IMG/VR virus record: IMGVR_UViG_3300023174_003901
Coordinates: 32,001-96,000 of that record
Direction: 5' to 3' (one strand)
Length of the DNA stretch: 64,000 bases
Source: a virus
Taxonomy: Duplodnaviria > Caudoviricetes
Position 1 is the first letter of the stretch. Every line of letters starts with the position of its first letter. A program made the translations under genes and the position numbers. The notes under the pieces are model-generated. The model had not been told where the DNA came from. It saw only the letters and a program-made list of their open reading frames with translations, and searched no databases. Positions 49,256 through 58,079 of this stretch are shown piece by piece.

Positions 49256-49353
49256 ATTGGTTTAAAAGACTTTGGTCAAGAATTACACTAGAAATACGCT
49301 ATCGTAAAAAACTAAAAGAACTACGCAAACGAGATCCATTTATCTACAAATGA
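49252..49353 (+). CDS. 33-aa basic peptide (absent from the ORF track)
   Basis: MNWFKRLWSRITLEIRYRKKLKELRKRDPFIYK; AGGAG SD at 49241-49245; ATGA overlaps at both ends. Confidence 0.85.
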   Translation: MNWFKRLWSRITLEIRYRKKLKELRKRDPFIYK

Positions 49354-50825
49354 ATATCTTAGGTATTTCGGCAGGCTTTCATGATGCGGCTGCCACAGTC
49401 ATAAGTCCCGACGGGGAGATACTGTTCGCTGGCCATTCGGAGCGATATAGCAAAAAGAAAAATGACCCTGACCTACATGCGCATCTATTGCAAGATGCAT
49501 ATTTTTGCGGGCTGGTTGGACATACTGCCTATTACGAACGCCCTTGGAACAAACAATTTAGACAATGGTACGCAGGTCAAGGCATTGAATGGCACAAGAT
49601 AACAACACGACAAATACTTGAACAGCAACTGGGATCGGTTCCGCGTAGTTACAGCAGTCATAATCATCATTTGAGCCATGCGGCAGCAGGGTTTCAAACC
49701 AGCCCATTTGAACGTGCCACAGTTGTGGTCGTAGACGCTATAGGTGAATGGGATACCATCAGCATATGGGGTGCAACGTATGATCAACAGGGTCGAGCAC
49801 GGTATAAGAGACTATGGCGGCAGGTTTATCCGCACAGCATTGGACTGTTCTATAGTGCTGTTACTCAACGAGTTGGCCTGCACCCACTGGACGAAGAATA
49901 CATCACCATGGGCATGGCTGCCTGGGGCAAAAATCTCTGGTATCATGACATGCGTGAGCACGTGATTGCCAACGAGCGTGATATTGAATTACGACACAAC
50001 TTTCACACAGGCATGAGCGAAGATTTTCTAGTGGGTGCCAGCAATGAAAACATTGCGGCCGCTGGGCAAATGGTAGCAGAGGATCTTATTCGACAAGTAA
50101 TGATTCGTGCTAGAAACACGGGTTTTAGTCAAAATCTGGTATATATGGGTGGAGTGGCTTTGAACTGCACAGCCAATCGTATGCTAGGAGAATACTTTGA
50201 GAATATTTGGATTATGCCTTGTCCTGGTGATGCCGGTAGTAGCCTTGGTGCTGCCGCTTTGGCTCTTGGACGTAGAATTAACTGGACCAGTGCTAGTCTC
50301 GGGCATGATATTCCTGGGCCTTATCCCGTTAATGGCCTTTTGGATCGGTTACTTACTGAACAGATTGTGGGAGTTGCCTCCGGAAGAGCCGAGTTCGGTC
50401 CCCGCGCACTGGGAAACCGTAGCCTCCTTGCAGACCCTAGAGGCAGCACGATCAAGGAGAAAGTAAATGAAATCAAACGTAGACAACAGTTCAGACCCTT
50501 TGCGCCTGTTATTCTGGAGGAGTTGGCTGACACTTACTTTGACATGCCTTGCGGCTTCGGTCACAGTAGGTATATGCAGTCAATCGCTCGTTGTAGGGTT
50601 CCTGAGTTATTTCCTGCTATCGTTCATGTTGACAATACCAGTCGTGTACAGACTGTGCCAAAGGACGGATCTGGCATTAGAGAACTGCTGGAAAAATGGT
50701 ATGTGTTAACTGGTTGTCCTATGTTGCTTAACACGTCATTGAACATACGTGGAGAACCCATGGTCAACGATCGAGCAGATGCTGATCGTTTTGAACAGTT
50801 GTACGGCGTCAAAGTTTGTAGTTGA
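49350..50825 (+). CDS. Carbamoyltransferase, NodU/CmcH family
   Basis: ILGISAGFHDAAA, HHLSHAA, EFGPRALGNRSLLADPR, FRPFAP, RVQTV, LLNTSLN..GEP. Confidence 0.93.
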   Translation: MNILGISAGFHDAAATVISPDGEILFAGHSERYSKKKNDPDLHAHLLQDAYFCGLVGHTAYYERPWNKQFRQWYAGQGIEWHKITTRQILEQQLGSVPRSYSSHNHHLSHAAAGFQTSPFERATVVVVDAIGEWDTISIWGATYDQQGRARYKRLWRQVYPHSIGLFYSAVTQRVGLHPLDEEYITMGMAAWGKNLWYHDMREHVIANERDIELRHNFHTGMSEDFLVGASNENIAAAGQMVAEDLIRQVMIRARNTGFSQNLVYMGGVALNCTANRMLGEYFENIWIMPCPGDAGSSLGAAALALGRRINWTSASLGHDIPGPYPVNGLLDRLLTEQIVGVASGRAEFGPRALGNRSLLADPRGSTIKEKVNEIKRRQQFRPFAPVILEELADTYFDMPCGFGHSRYMQSIARCRVPELFPAIVHVDNTSRVQTVPKDGSGIRELLEKWYVLTGCPMLLNTSLNIRGEPMVNDRADADRFEQLYGVKVCS

Positions 50826-51996
50826 TACGATCGACCACTGCTTGTAGTCTATGCCGCATGCCTGCCGCAAACACCTGATGATTGTGTTGTATTTCGGGTC
50901 TTAATTCATGGTAGATTGAGTGCAACTCTGACAAAGGTTTTGCACACAAACTCTTGGTAAGTGCCAGCACAGCCTCAAATCTTTCTTGATTGTTTTCAAT
51001 TGAATCGTAGTGTTCATCTATCACACGTCCAAATGTTTTGTATCCTAGATTACGCAGGTGCGCCAGGTGATTGTGACTACTCACCGCCACAAAGAATTGA
51101 TTGTTGAATATGGGCTTGAATGTTTTTTCTGTTATAAATTGACCACCTGAGTTGTCTATATCAATCATGGTCTCCAACACAATGTTAAAATAACTGTTAT
51201 TATAAAGGTCAGTCATGTTTGCAGTATAGTTGTTGTGAGCATCTGCATCTAGGTCATCCACACGAAATGGACCTGCTGTAATAAATTGATCGACTTGAGT
51301 TTGTTTGCTGGCCAAATAATCATTGCGCAACGCACAACCAAAGTAGTCATCCTCTCCGCCTAGCAAGTGCTGAGTGTAACTAAAGTATCCATTATGATGT
51401 AATCCATTGGTCCACAATTCACTCATGAACACTTTACGCCATAGTTTATCTATTCTACACAGGCCAGTGAACGCTTGGCTTCTTGGTTGTGAATGATATT
51501 GGGCACCTGCTGATTGATCCACAGTGCGCCAGTACATAAATTCCAGTTCAGGCCAATACACACAACCAGGCACTGAATCTGCTGAACTGTTGCCGCTTAT
51601 TAACCATACTTGTTCAGGATCTATTCCATGATTTGCACACAGTTGATTGATGCGTTCTCGCATGTGAACAGGATTATCGCCCTCGTGATAGGTAAACACC
51701 AACTGCATTTGTTTTTGTTGTATGCGAGTATATGCTGTAGAACTGATCATTGCAAGATAATCTGCGTAAAAATCAAAAAACCCAATTACCACTGGATACC
51801 AGGCACCGGGCGGTGCTTGCTCAGTTTCTACTATTTGTTGAGGAATACGGCACTGATGTAGATAATATATGATTCTAGGATAATCCAGTCGATGTCCGTC
51901 CATCTGTTCAATCAAATGATGTTGCTCTAATGGAATACCATTGGGCATGGGCCTGCCTGTCGCAGGATCTCTATGATCAATTGCTAGATAGATCAC
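50809..51996 (-). CDS. Putative GT-B fold glycosyltransferase-like protein, paralog of 41649
   Basis: YFNIVLET...ITEKTFKPI...GYKTF...IDEHYD. Confidence 0.45.
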   Translation of the reverse strand: MIYLAIDHRDPATGRPMPNGIPLEQHHLIEQMDGHRLDYPRIIYYLHQCRIPQQIVETEQAPPGAWYPVVIGFFDFYADYLAMISSTAYTRIQQKQMQLVFTYHEGDNPVHMRERINQLCANHGIDPEQVWLISGNSSADSVPGCVYWPELEFMYWRTVDQSAGAQYHSQPRSQAFTGLCRIDKLWRKVFMSELWTNGLHHNGYFSYTQHLLGGEDDYFGCALRNDYLASKQTQVDQFITAGPFRVDDLDADAHNNYTANMTDLYNNSYFNIVLETMIDIDNSGGQFITEKTFKPIFNNQFFVAVSSHNHLAHLRNLGYKTFGRVIDEHYDSIENNQERFEAVLALTKSLCAKPLSELHSIYHELRPEIQHNHQVFAAGMRHRLQAVVDRINYKL

Positions 51997-53137
51997 CGTT
52001 TATTGCTGCCTTGAGATTGTGTAACATTGTGGTAAGTTCTGTCCATAACATTTTTTCAAACCCGCCATTATAAAAGTGATTCCAGTTATGCTCAATAATC
52101 GGAATGCATTTTTTAAACATTTTGTTTTTTTCTTGTTCACTTTGTTGATCGAGTTTTTTTAATAATCGAGTTAGCATTGCGATTCGGATAGTGTCATCAG
52201 TTACTGTATCGTAATGCTCATCCCAAATAGTGTCAAACGTTTTGAAACCATATTGTCGAAGATACGCTAGACTGCCTGCAGGCGCACTCAATACAAAAGG
52301 CATACCCATAGCAATGGGTTTGAAAGTTTTTTCGGTTAGATGCTGTCTACGACCAAAAAATACAGTCTCACTCACATGGTATATCATACTTTCGGCACAC
52401 AAGTCAAATTGATCTAGCCAACAACTGCTCATACGTTGTGTGTCCTCTCCAGAGAATAATCTTGGTAAATCCATCTGAGAAATAGTTTCTAGTATGCCAC
52501 CTTTAAATTCCTCTTGTCCTGGAGACCAATTGTCAGGATATCTGTGTCTATAAAATTTTGCAATATCAACGATATCTTTGTTTTCAACAGGACATACTTT
52601 TGGAGCACTAATATGATTATGCATGAGATCAAACAGTTGAAAAAAGTACAGTTGAATCACTCGATGGCTACGCTCCCCTCCAATTATTCGGTTGGCACTA
52701 AAGAAAGTTTTTTTGATATGTCTTTGCTCAGGCGGCGTAATTAGAAATGCTCGATCATATCCTCTATACCAATCCAGTGCGGCCCAACCGTGGAAGAAAT
52801 AATAAAAAGGTTGCAATCCGTACACTTTGCATATATAATCTACATTGTCACTATTGGTTTCGCTTGTGACTAAGAATTTTTTTTCACTATCGTCATATGC
52901 ATGTGTGCTACTTAAATTGAAAGATTGAAAAGTAGGTAAATGAACACTAAGTTGTACAGGTTCTTGATCAAAAAAGAATATGTTATTTTTTTCTCTACCT
53001 TCTGGTGACCCTCTACACAAGATACTATCAGGATCGCTACGCCCAAATGGATCACAGTAAAATATTGCAGTATCAGGACAGTTTTTTCTTACCCAAGGTA
53101 AAAATGTATTTTCATAAATTTCGTCTATTCTAATCAT
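51977..53137 (-). CDS. Putative GT-B fold glycosyltransferase-like protein, paralog of 41649
   Basis: VSETVF...LTEKTFKPIAMGMPF...GFKTF...WDEHYD. Confidence 0.45.
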   Translation of the reverse strand: MIRIDEIYENTFLPWVRKNCPDTAIFYCDPFGRSDPDSILCRGSPEGREKNNIFFFDQEPVQLSVHLPTFQSFNLSSTHAYDDSEKKFLVTSETNSDNVDYICKVYGLQPFYYFFHGWAALDWYRGYDRAFLITPPEQRHIKKTFFSANRIIGGERSHRVIQLYFFQLFDLMHNHISAPKVCPVENKDIVDIAKFYRHRYPDNWSPGQEEFKGGILETISQMDLPRLFSGEDTQRMSSCWLDQFDLCAESMIYHVSETVFFGRRQHLTEKTFKPIAMGMPFVLSAPAGSLAYLRQYGFKTFDTIWDEHYDTVTDDTIRIAMLTRLLKKLDQQSEQEKNKMFKKCIPIIEHNWNHFYNGGFEKMLWTELTTMLHNLKAAINGDLSSN

Positions 53138-54743
53138 GTTTGATGTATTTTACACAGGCACACCGCCCAAATTGTTTCCGCATGAGCAGCAGGTAGACTC
53201 AATCGAGCAAGCACAACAGCAGAGCCGTACTAGATATTTCTGGTGGATAAATTACTTATCGGACTACTCTGCGTTTGATTTTCTTTGGCAACCTGTGCCT
53301 TGGGAAAGTGATCAGATGCATGTGTGGCCCAGCCAGCATCAGTCCAATGGCGGGACTGCATTGGTGCCACGTGAGTACGATCATGTGAATAGATCACACC
53401 CTGTAGTGCCTCGACGAATCGGTGCGCCGCGCTTGCATATTAAACACAACCCAGATAGTGATAATGCTGGTGATATTAATGTGCGTTATGTGTCTGATTA
53501 CCTGGGTACTATGCGTAGGGTATTGAGTAAGACCAAATGGGAATATTGTTGGATCACCAGCGATGTTTGTGATTATGCCGACTTTGACTTCTCCTGGCAT
53601 CCTAGCGAGTGGCAGTTAGATATGCTTCATGTATTTGCCAGCAATGAACAAAAATTCGGGGATACATTCTATGTACATGTGCCCAGTTTCTTGGCCAAGA
53701 CCAAAAATTTAAAAGTGCTAGAATGGTTTGAAACTTTGAACTTTATCAAGGACCGACCAGTACCCAGACTACCAATGCCCCAAGTCAAGTACATAGATGA
53801 TAGTATTGCCACAGCAGTATGGAAACACGAATTTGCAACTCCATTGGTTGAATTCTGTCAAACAGTGACTTTGGGCAACCATGTACCTACAGTAAGTCTA
53901 TGGCAAGAGAGTACTAAAACAGTGATGCCTCTCAGTAAAGGACATGCTACCGCTGTTGTACCCAGAGAGTGCAAGAATTACATCAAGACACAGATTTACG
54001 ATTATCCTTACATTGACAAAACTAAAATCACTCTAAATGAAACTCCGATGGATATTGTGTTTATTTCAAACGGAGAAAACGAAGCCGAAACCAACTATCA
54101 ACGACTCATGCAAAGTACCAAGGCCTGGTACAACAGTAGCCTTAACAAGATACATCGAGTGCAAAATGTTAACGGCCGTGTGGCTGCCTATCATGCAGCC
54201 GCTGAAGTTAGTACAACACCTTGGTTCTTTGCTGTTTTCGCCAAACTACAAGTTGAACAAAACTTTGATTGGTCGTGGCAGCCAGATCGCATGCAACAGG
54301 CCAAGCACTATATCTTTCATGCCAAGAATCCTGTGAATGGTCTGGTATATGGGCACCAGGCCATGATTGCCTACAATCGTCGACTGACCCTGGCCAACAC
54401 AGGACATGGACTAGACTTTACTCTTGACGATTTACACGAAGTTGTGCCTATCTTGTCGGGCACGGCCAACTACTACACAAGTTCATGGATGTGTTGGCGC
54501 ACAGCATTTCGAGAGGTGTTAAAATTACGGGCCAGTTTGCCCGATGTGGAAAATGAGTATAGATTGAATCAGTGGCTGACCAAAGATAACACTCCCGACC
54601 AATGGAGTATCAAAGGTGCCCAGGATGCTGTAGAGTACTATGAATCAGTCAGTGGAGACTTTGAACAACTGAGAAAGAGTTATGAGTGGGCTTGGTTGGC
54701 CACTTATGCCTTGATCAAACGAGGTCTAACAACTGATCGATAA
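53136..54743 (+). CDS. Protein with three tandem GT-A-like repeats; C-terminal part paralogous to 38277
   Basis: Three FD(F/W)xWxP motifs; DIVFIS...AYHAAA...NGLVYG...WRTAFREVLK aligns with the 38277 protein. Confidence 0.55.
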   Translation: MFDVFYTGTPPKLFPHEQQVDSIEQAQQQSRTRYFWWINYLSDYSAFDFLWQPVPWESDQMHVWPSQHQSNGGTALVPREYDHVNRSHPVVPRRIGAPRLHIKHNPDSDNAGDINVRYVSDYLGTMRRVLSKTKWEYCWITSDVCDYADFDFSWHPSEWQLDMLHVFASNEQKFGDTFYVHVPSFLAKTKNLKVLEWFETLNFIKDRPVPRLPMPQVKYIDDSIATAVWKHEFATPLVEFCQTVTLGNHVPTVSLWQESTKTVMPLSKGHATAVVPRECKNYIKTQIYDYPYIDKTKITLNETPMDIVFISNGENEAETNYQRLMQSTKAWYNSSLNKIHRVQNVNGRVAAYHAAAEVSTTPWFFAVFAKLQVEQNFDWSWQPDRMQQAKHYIFHAKNPVNGLVYGHQAMIAYNRRLTLANTGHGLDFTLDDLHEVVPILSGTANYYTSSWMCWRTAFREVLKLRASLPDVENEYRLNQWLTKDNTPDQWSIKGAQDAVEYYESVSGDFEQLRKSYEWAWLATYALIKRGLTTDR

Positions 54744-55809
54744 TGTATTCCACTTCCAAGTCTGACAACTCAGGGTAGATAGGCAAACTCAAACAGCGTC
54801 TGCTTAGTGATGATGCTGGACTTAGTAAATCTGGGCCAGTAAGATTTCGATAAGCAGGCAATTCATGCAAAGGCTCAGCATAGTGTACCTTGGTTTCGAT
54901 CTTGCGTATGGCAAGATTACGTTGCACAATATCTCTGGCATCCACCTCAATCACAAACTTGTGATAGCAATGCGTTGAGAAGTTAGTATCGTCGATCAAG
55001 GTGCGTATACCAGTGTTCTTTAATCGTTCGATCCAGTGACGGGCAATCTCAGCCCTGCGTTTTTGCCAAGCATCAATATAACGTGTCTTGATCATCATCT
55101 GAGCACAGTCTGTTTCGCTCATCCTTGAATTTGATCCAGTTTCAGCGTGTCGAGTATGCTTGCCGTTGTTCACCCAGTTTCTTGCATAGTCCAAGAGATT
55201 TCTATCATCTGACACTATGGCACCGCCATTGCCGTAGTTGCCTAAATTTTTCATAGGGTCAAAACTGATGGTCGCGGCACCACCTTGTCTCTTACACCCG
55301 TTGCTTAACCAGTGCTGGGCCGCATCTTCAATCAACAATGCCCGACTTTCGATTAGTTGTATGTCACGCAAGGCCGCACCATACAAGCCCACAGCACACA
55401 CAGCATGGTAGTGTGTGTCCATGTCACTGAGCAACTTTCTCACGTCAATCTGACCGTAGTAGTCAGTATCCGCAATTATGACCTGCCAGCCTGCTCGTAT
55501 GAAAGCATTAGCAGTGGCCGGATAGGTCAAGGCAGGTACAACCACAGTGGGAGGCTTAACAAACGCCAAGTCCTGGTCACGATAGAACCCGGCTATGATC
55601 TCAAGTGCCTGTGTGCCCGAGTGACAAGTCACAGCATAACTCACGTGATTTTTCTTGGCCAGCCAGTTTTCAAATTCAGCAGTATAGTTGCCGCCCATAA
55701 GAATACCCGAACGCAACACTTCATCTGTTGCATCCAGGATTTCTGTTCTCAGGGTATTATACTGCTTTCTTAGACCAGTAAAGGGGATAGTAAGGCCGGT
55801 GGTTGTCAT
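54715..55809 (-). CDS. DegT/DnrJ/EryC1/StrS PLP-dependent sugar aminotransferase
   Basis: IEDAAQ; SFDPMKNLG with the PLP lysine; GxNSRM; LSLPIYPEL. Confidence 0.93.
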   Translation of the reverse strand: MTTTGLTIPFTGLRKQYNTLRTEILDATDEVLRSGILMGGNYTAEFENWLAKKNHVSYAVTCHSGTQALEIIAGFYRDQDLAFVKPPTVVVPALTYPATANAFIRAGWQVIIADTDYYGQIDVRKLLSDMDTHYHAVCAVGLYGAALRDIQLIESRALLIEDAAQHWLSNGCKRQGGAATISFDPMKNLGNYGNGGAIVSDDRNLLDYARNWVNNGKHTRHAETGSNSRMSETDCAQMMIKTRYIDAWQKRRAEIARHWIERLKNTGIRTLIDDTNFSTHCYHKFVIEVDARDIVQRNLAIRKIETKVHYAEPLHELPAYRNLTGPDLLSPASSLSRRCLSLPIYPELSDLEVEYIIDQLLDLV

Positions 55810-56765
55810 TTGTTCCAGTAAGGCGATTCACTCAACCACTTGTAGTAATTTTGGAATCCTTCTTCAACGTCTACTTTGGGATCAAATCCCAAAATCACTC
55901 GTGCGCGATCGATACACAATGCACCACGTGTGGGAAAGTCCGCATCTCTATCACGACATTCAATTGTGCCCTTACCCACAATCTTCACAATCATTTCTGC
56001 GGCTTCTAACAAACTTACCGAGTGTGATTTGGTAATATTATATGTGCGATTTGCCGCCATAATTCTTGTGGCTGCCGCAACAATTCCATCTGCCGCATCA
56101 TCAACATAGGTGAAGTCAAGTGTTTCTGCGGCTCCGTTAACTCGTAGAACATCACCACGCATGGCCTGGAGCATAAACTTTGCAACCACCCGGTCTTCCA
56201 CATCAAGTGGGCCATACACAGCACTAGGGCGAACAATAGCATAATCGAAAGCGCCGCGTCTGTGGTAGTCTTTGACAATGTCTTCTCCTGCCAGTTTCAT
56301 GATGCCGTATTGACCAATGGGTCGGCACTCTGCTTCTTCTTCCACTTGGTCTGCAAAGTCACCATACACCATGCTTGAACTTATATATACCACACGCTCT
56401 ACACCGTGCTTTTTGGCACCCTCACAAATGTTCATCAAACCTTCCATCATGACCCTGGCACCCACAGCAGGGTTGGCATTGACAACTTTCTGTCTAGGGA
56501 AACTCGCCATGTGGATAATAACTTCGGGTTTGTGATTCTTTACAATTTGATCAAACTTGACGCCATCGACGATGTCTGTGTAGTATACATCTGTTGGATT
56601 AATCTTTTTCCAACGTTCCGCCATCAAGTAATCTAGTTCGTCTTGTGGTATGATACCATATGTAGTGCGGTTATCTACAATCACAACATCGTCGCCGCGT
56701 TTTTGCAAACGTTGCACTACATTGTGCCCAATAAGACCTAGTCCACCTGTTACTAAAAATTTCAT
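55806..56765 (-). CDS. NAD-dependent NDP-sugar epimerase/dehydratase (extended SDR)
   Basis: TGGLGLIG, SSSMVYG, YGIMK (YxxxK), DFTYVDD. Confidence 0.93.
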   Translation of the reverse strand: MKFLVTGGLGLIGHNVVQRLQKRGDDVVIVDNRTTYGIIPQDELDYLMAERWKKINPTDVYYTDIVDGVKFDQIVKNHKPEVIIHMASFPRQKVVNANPAVGARVMMEGLMNICEGAKKHGVERVVYISSSMVYGDFADQVEEEAECRPIGQYGIMKLAGEDIVKDYHRRGAFDYAIVRPSAVYGPLDVEDRVVAKFMLQAMRGDVLRVNGAAETLDFTYVDDAADGIVAAATRIMAANRTYNITKSHSVSLLEAAEMIVKIVGKGTIECRDRDADFPTRGALCIDRARVILGFDPKVDVEEGFQNYYKWLSESPYWNK

Positions 56766-57088
56766 TTTATGCTACTCCATTTGAGTTTAAAATAAGTTTG
56801 ATCTGCTTCTTTCAACCTGGCCACAACATAGTAGCGATACCCAAATGATTCCATGTCTGGCTGCCGAGTCCAAAAAGGAGGCTCTACAGCATGCGCCATA
56901 ACCCAGGCACCGGCTTCGCTTTGTTGCCAGTCGTATAAAGGTTGTGACGCATACATGTCCGGATCTTCTACATCGCCCATGGGAAAGTGATGCACAACCA
57001 CATCACTATAGGCAACCGCAACACCATCAATTACTTTGACTTCTCGGGGTTGGGATAGATTGGATTGTTCGGAAAGATATTTGGCCAT
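56762..57088 (-). CDS. Hypothetical protein
   Basis: 108 aa; ATGA-coupled to the epimerase; has its own promoter. Confidence 0.7.
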   Translation of the reverse strand: MAKYLSEQSNLSQPREVKVIDGVAVAYSDVVVHHFPMGDVEDPDMYASQPLYDWQQSEAGAWVMAHAVEPPFWTRQPDMESFGYRYYVVARLKEADQTYFKLKWSSIK

Positions 57089-57093
57089 ACACT

Positions 57094-57122
57094 AGTATAG
57101 CAGATGGATCAAGTTTTTGCAA
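57094..57122 (-). promoter_or_regulatory. Sigma70-type promoter for the hypothetical-epimerase-aminotransferase unit (leaderless)
   Basis: TTGCAA-17nt-TATACT with a TGn extension, then 5 nt, then ATG at 57088. Confidence 0.7.
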
Positions 57123-57780
57123 CTAGATCTTTAGCCATTGGAAAGATTGCGGCAATGGCTCGAGCACATTCAACTGCCACCGCTTGGTGTTCTAGTTGTG
57201 TGCCATTACCTGAACGTAGTTCAATAAAATGAATCCATGATCGTAAGGTGCCGTTCATGTACAAACGGCTTTGAATCAAGCCTTCAGGTAACACTGCACG
57301 TGCCTGTTCTTTGGCAATACCGTTCTTGATAGCCCATTCGTACTCGCGTCTGGCAGCATAGATGACCCGCTGTTGAGCACGATACCATTCGTTCTCCAAC
57401 AAGTTATCGTCGTGCTCTATGCTGTTTTGTCGATTCTTTGCGTCTTGAAGTCTTCCACTGCGGGTAACGAATTCAAGATCCGTTGTCGGGTCAGCATATC
57501 GTTGACTGAATTCTTGGAAACTGAAACTTCTGTGTCTGAGGATTTGCCGTGCAATATCTCGTGTTGTCGTAATTTCCATGCAAGCACTGACCATTTCGAG
57601 TGGACTCCAGTGTTGGTGTCGCACAAGGTATCGGATGAGTTTTTCGCTGGTTTCATTGTTGAACTGGTTGGAGGGATTGGATACTCGTGCGCAGAAAGCG
57701 ATAAGTTCTTGAGCATCGTCAATGCCCTGGGCTCTAAAGTCTTCTGTTGGTTGTGAATAGGAGACAAGTTTGACATTCAT
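57109..57780 (-). CDS. thyX: Flavin-dependent thymidylate synthase
   Basis: ThyX motif RHRSFSFQEFSQRY; ARAVLP; HFIELR...QLEH. Confidence 0.95.
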   Translation of the reverse strand: MNVKLVSYSQPTEDFRAQGIDDAQELIAFCARVSNPSNQFNNETSEKLIRYLVRHQHWSPLEMVSACMEITTTRDIARQILRHRSFSFQEFSQRYADPTTDLEFVTRSGRLQDAKNRQNSIEHDDNLLENEWYRAQQRVIYAARREYEWAIKNGIAKEQARAVLPEGLIQSRLYMNGTLRSWIHFIELRSGNGTQLEHQAVAVECARAIAAIFPMAKDLVAKT

Positions 57781-58079
57781 AGATCTTTTAATAGTTTATC
57801 AGTTTCGGGTTGGATCAGCCGAGCCACAGCATTGACATCAACTGCAAAGTCAATATCACGCACTAGGTCACCAAGTTCAATGAGATTTCTAGTGAGATAC
57901 GATTCAATTTCTTCTAGATCAAAACCATCGCGTTTGAGTCGAGCAAGGTTAATGGTCTTTCGACGACCACTTTGCAGTCGAATAACAATTTTGTTAATAC
58001 ACTCTAACGGAACTTCGGTTTTGTCTACACCGGAAATTATATGATCCCACTGCTTAAGAAATTCATCACTCAGTTGCAT
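57777..58079 (-). CDS. Hypothetical protein
   Basis: MQLSDEFLKQW...; ATGA-coupled to thyX. Confidence 0.65.
   Translation of the reverse strand: MQLSDEFLKQWDHIISGVDKTEVPLECINKIVIRLQSGRRKTINLARLKRDGFDLEEIESYLTRNLIELGDLVRDIDFAVDVNAVARLIQPETDKLLKDL

Noticed and set aside
36091-57780. Calling the island a DNA hypermodification pathway
   Set aside because: No hydroxymethylase, TET/JBP, nucleotide kinase, aGPT-PplASE or queuosine genes are visible in the window; kept only as an alternative hypothesis.
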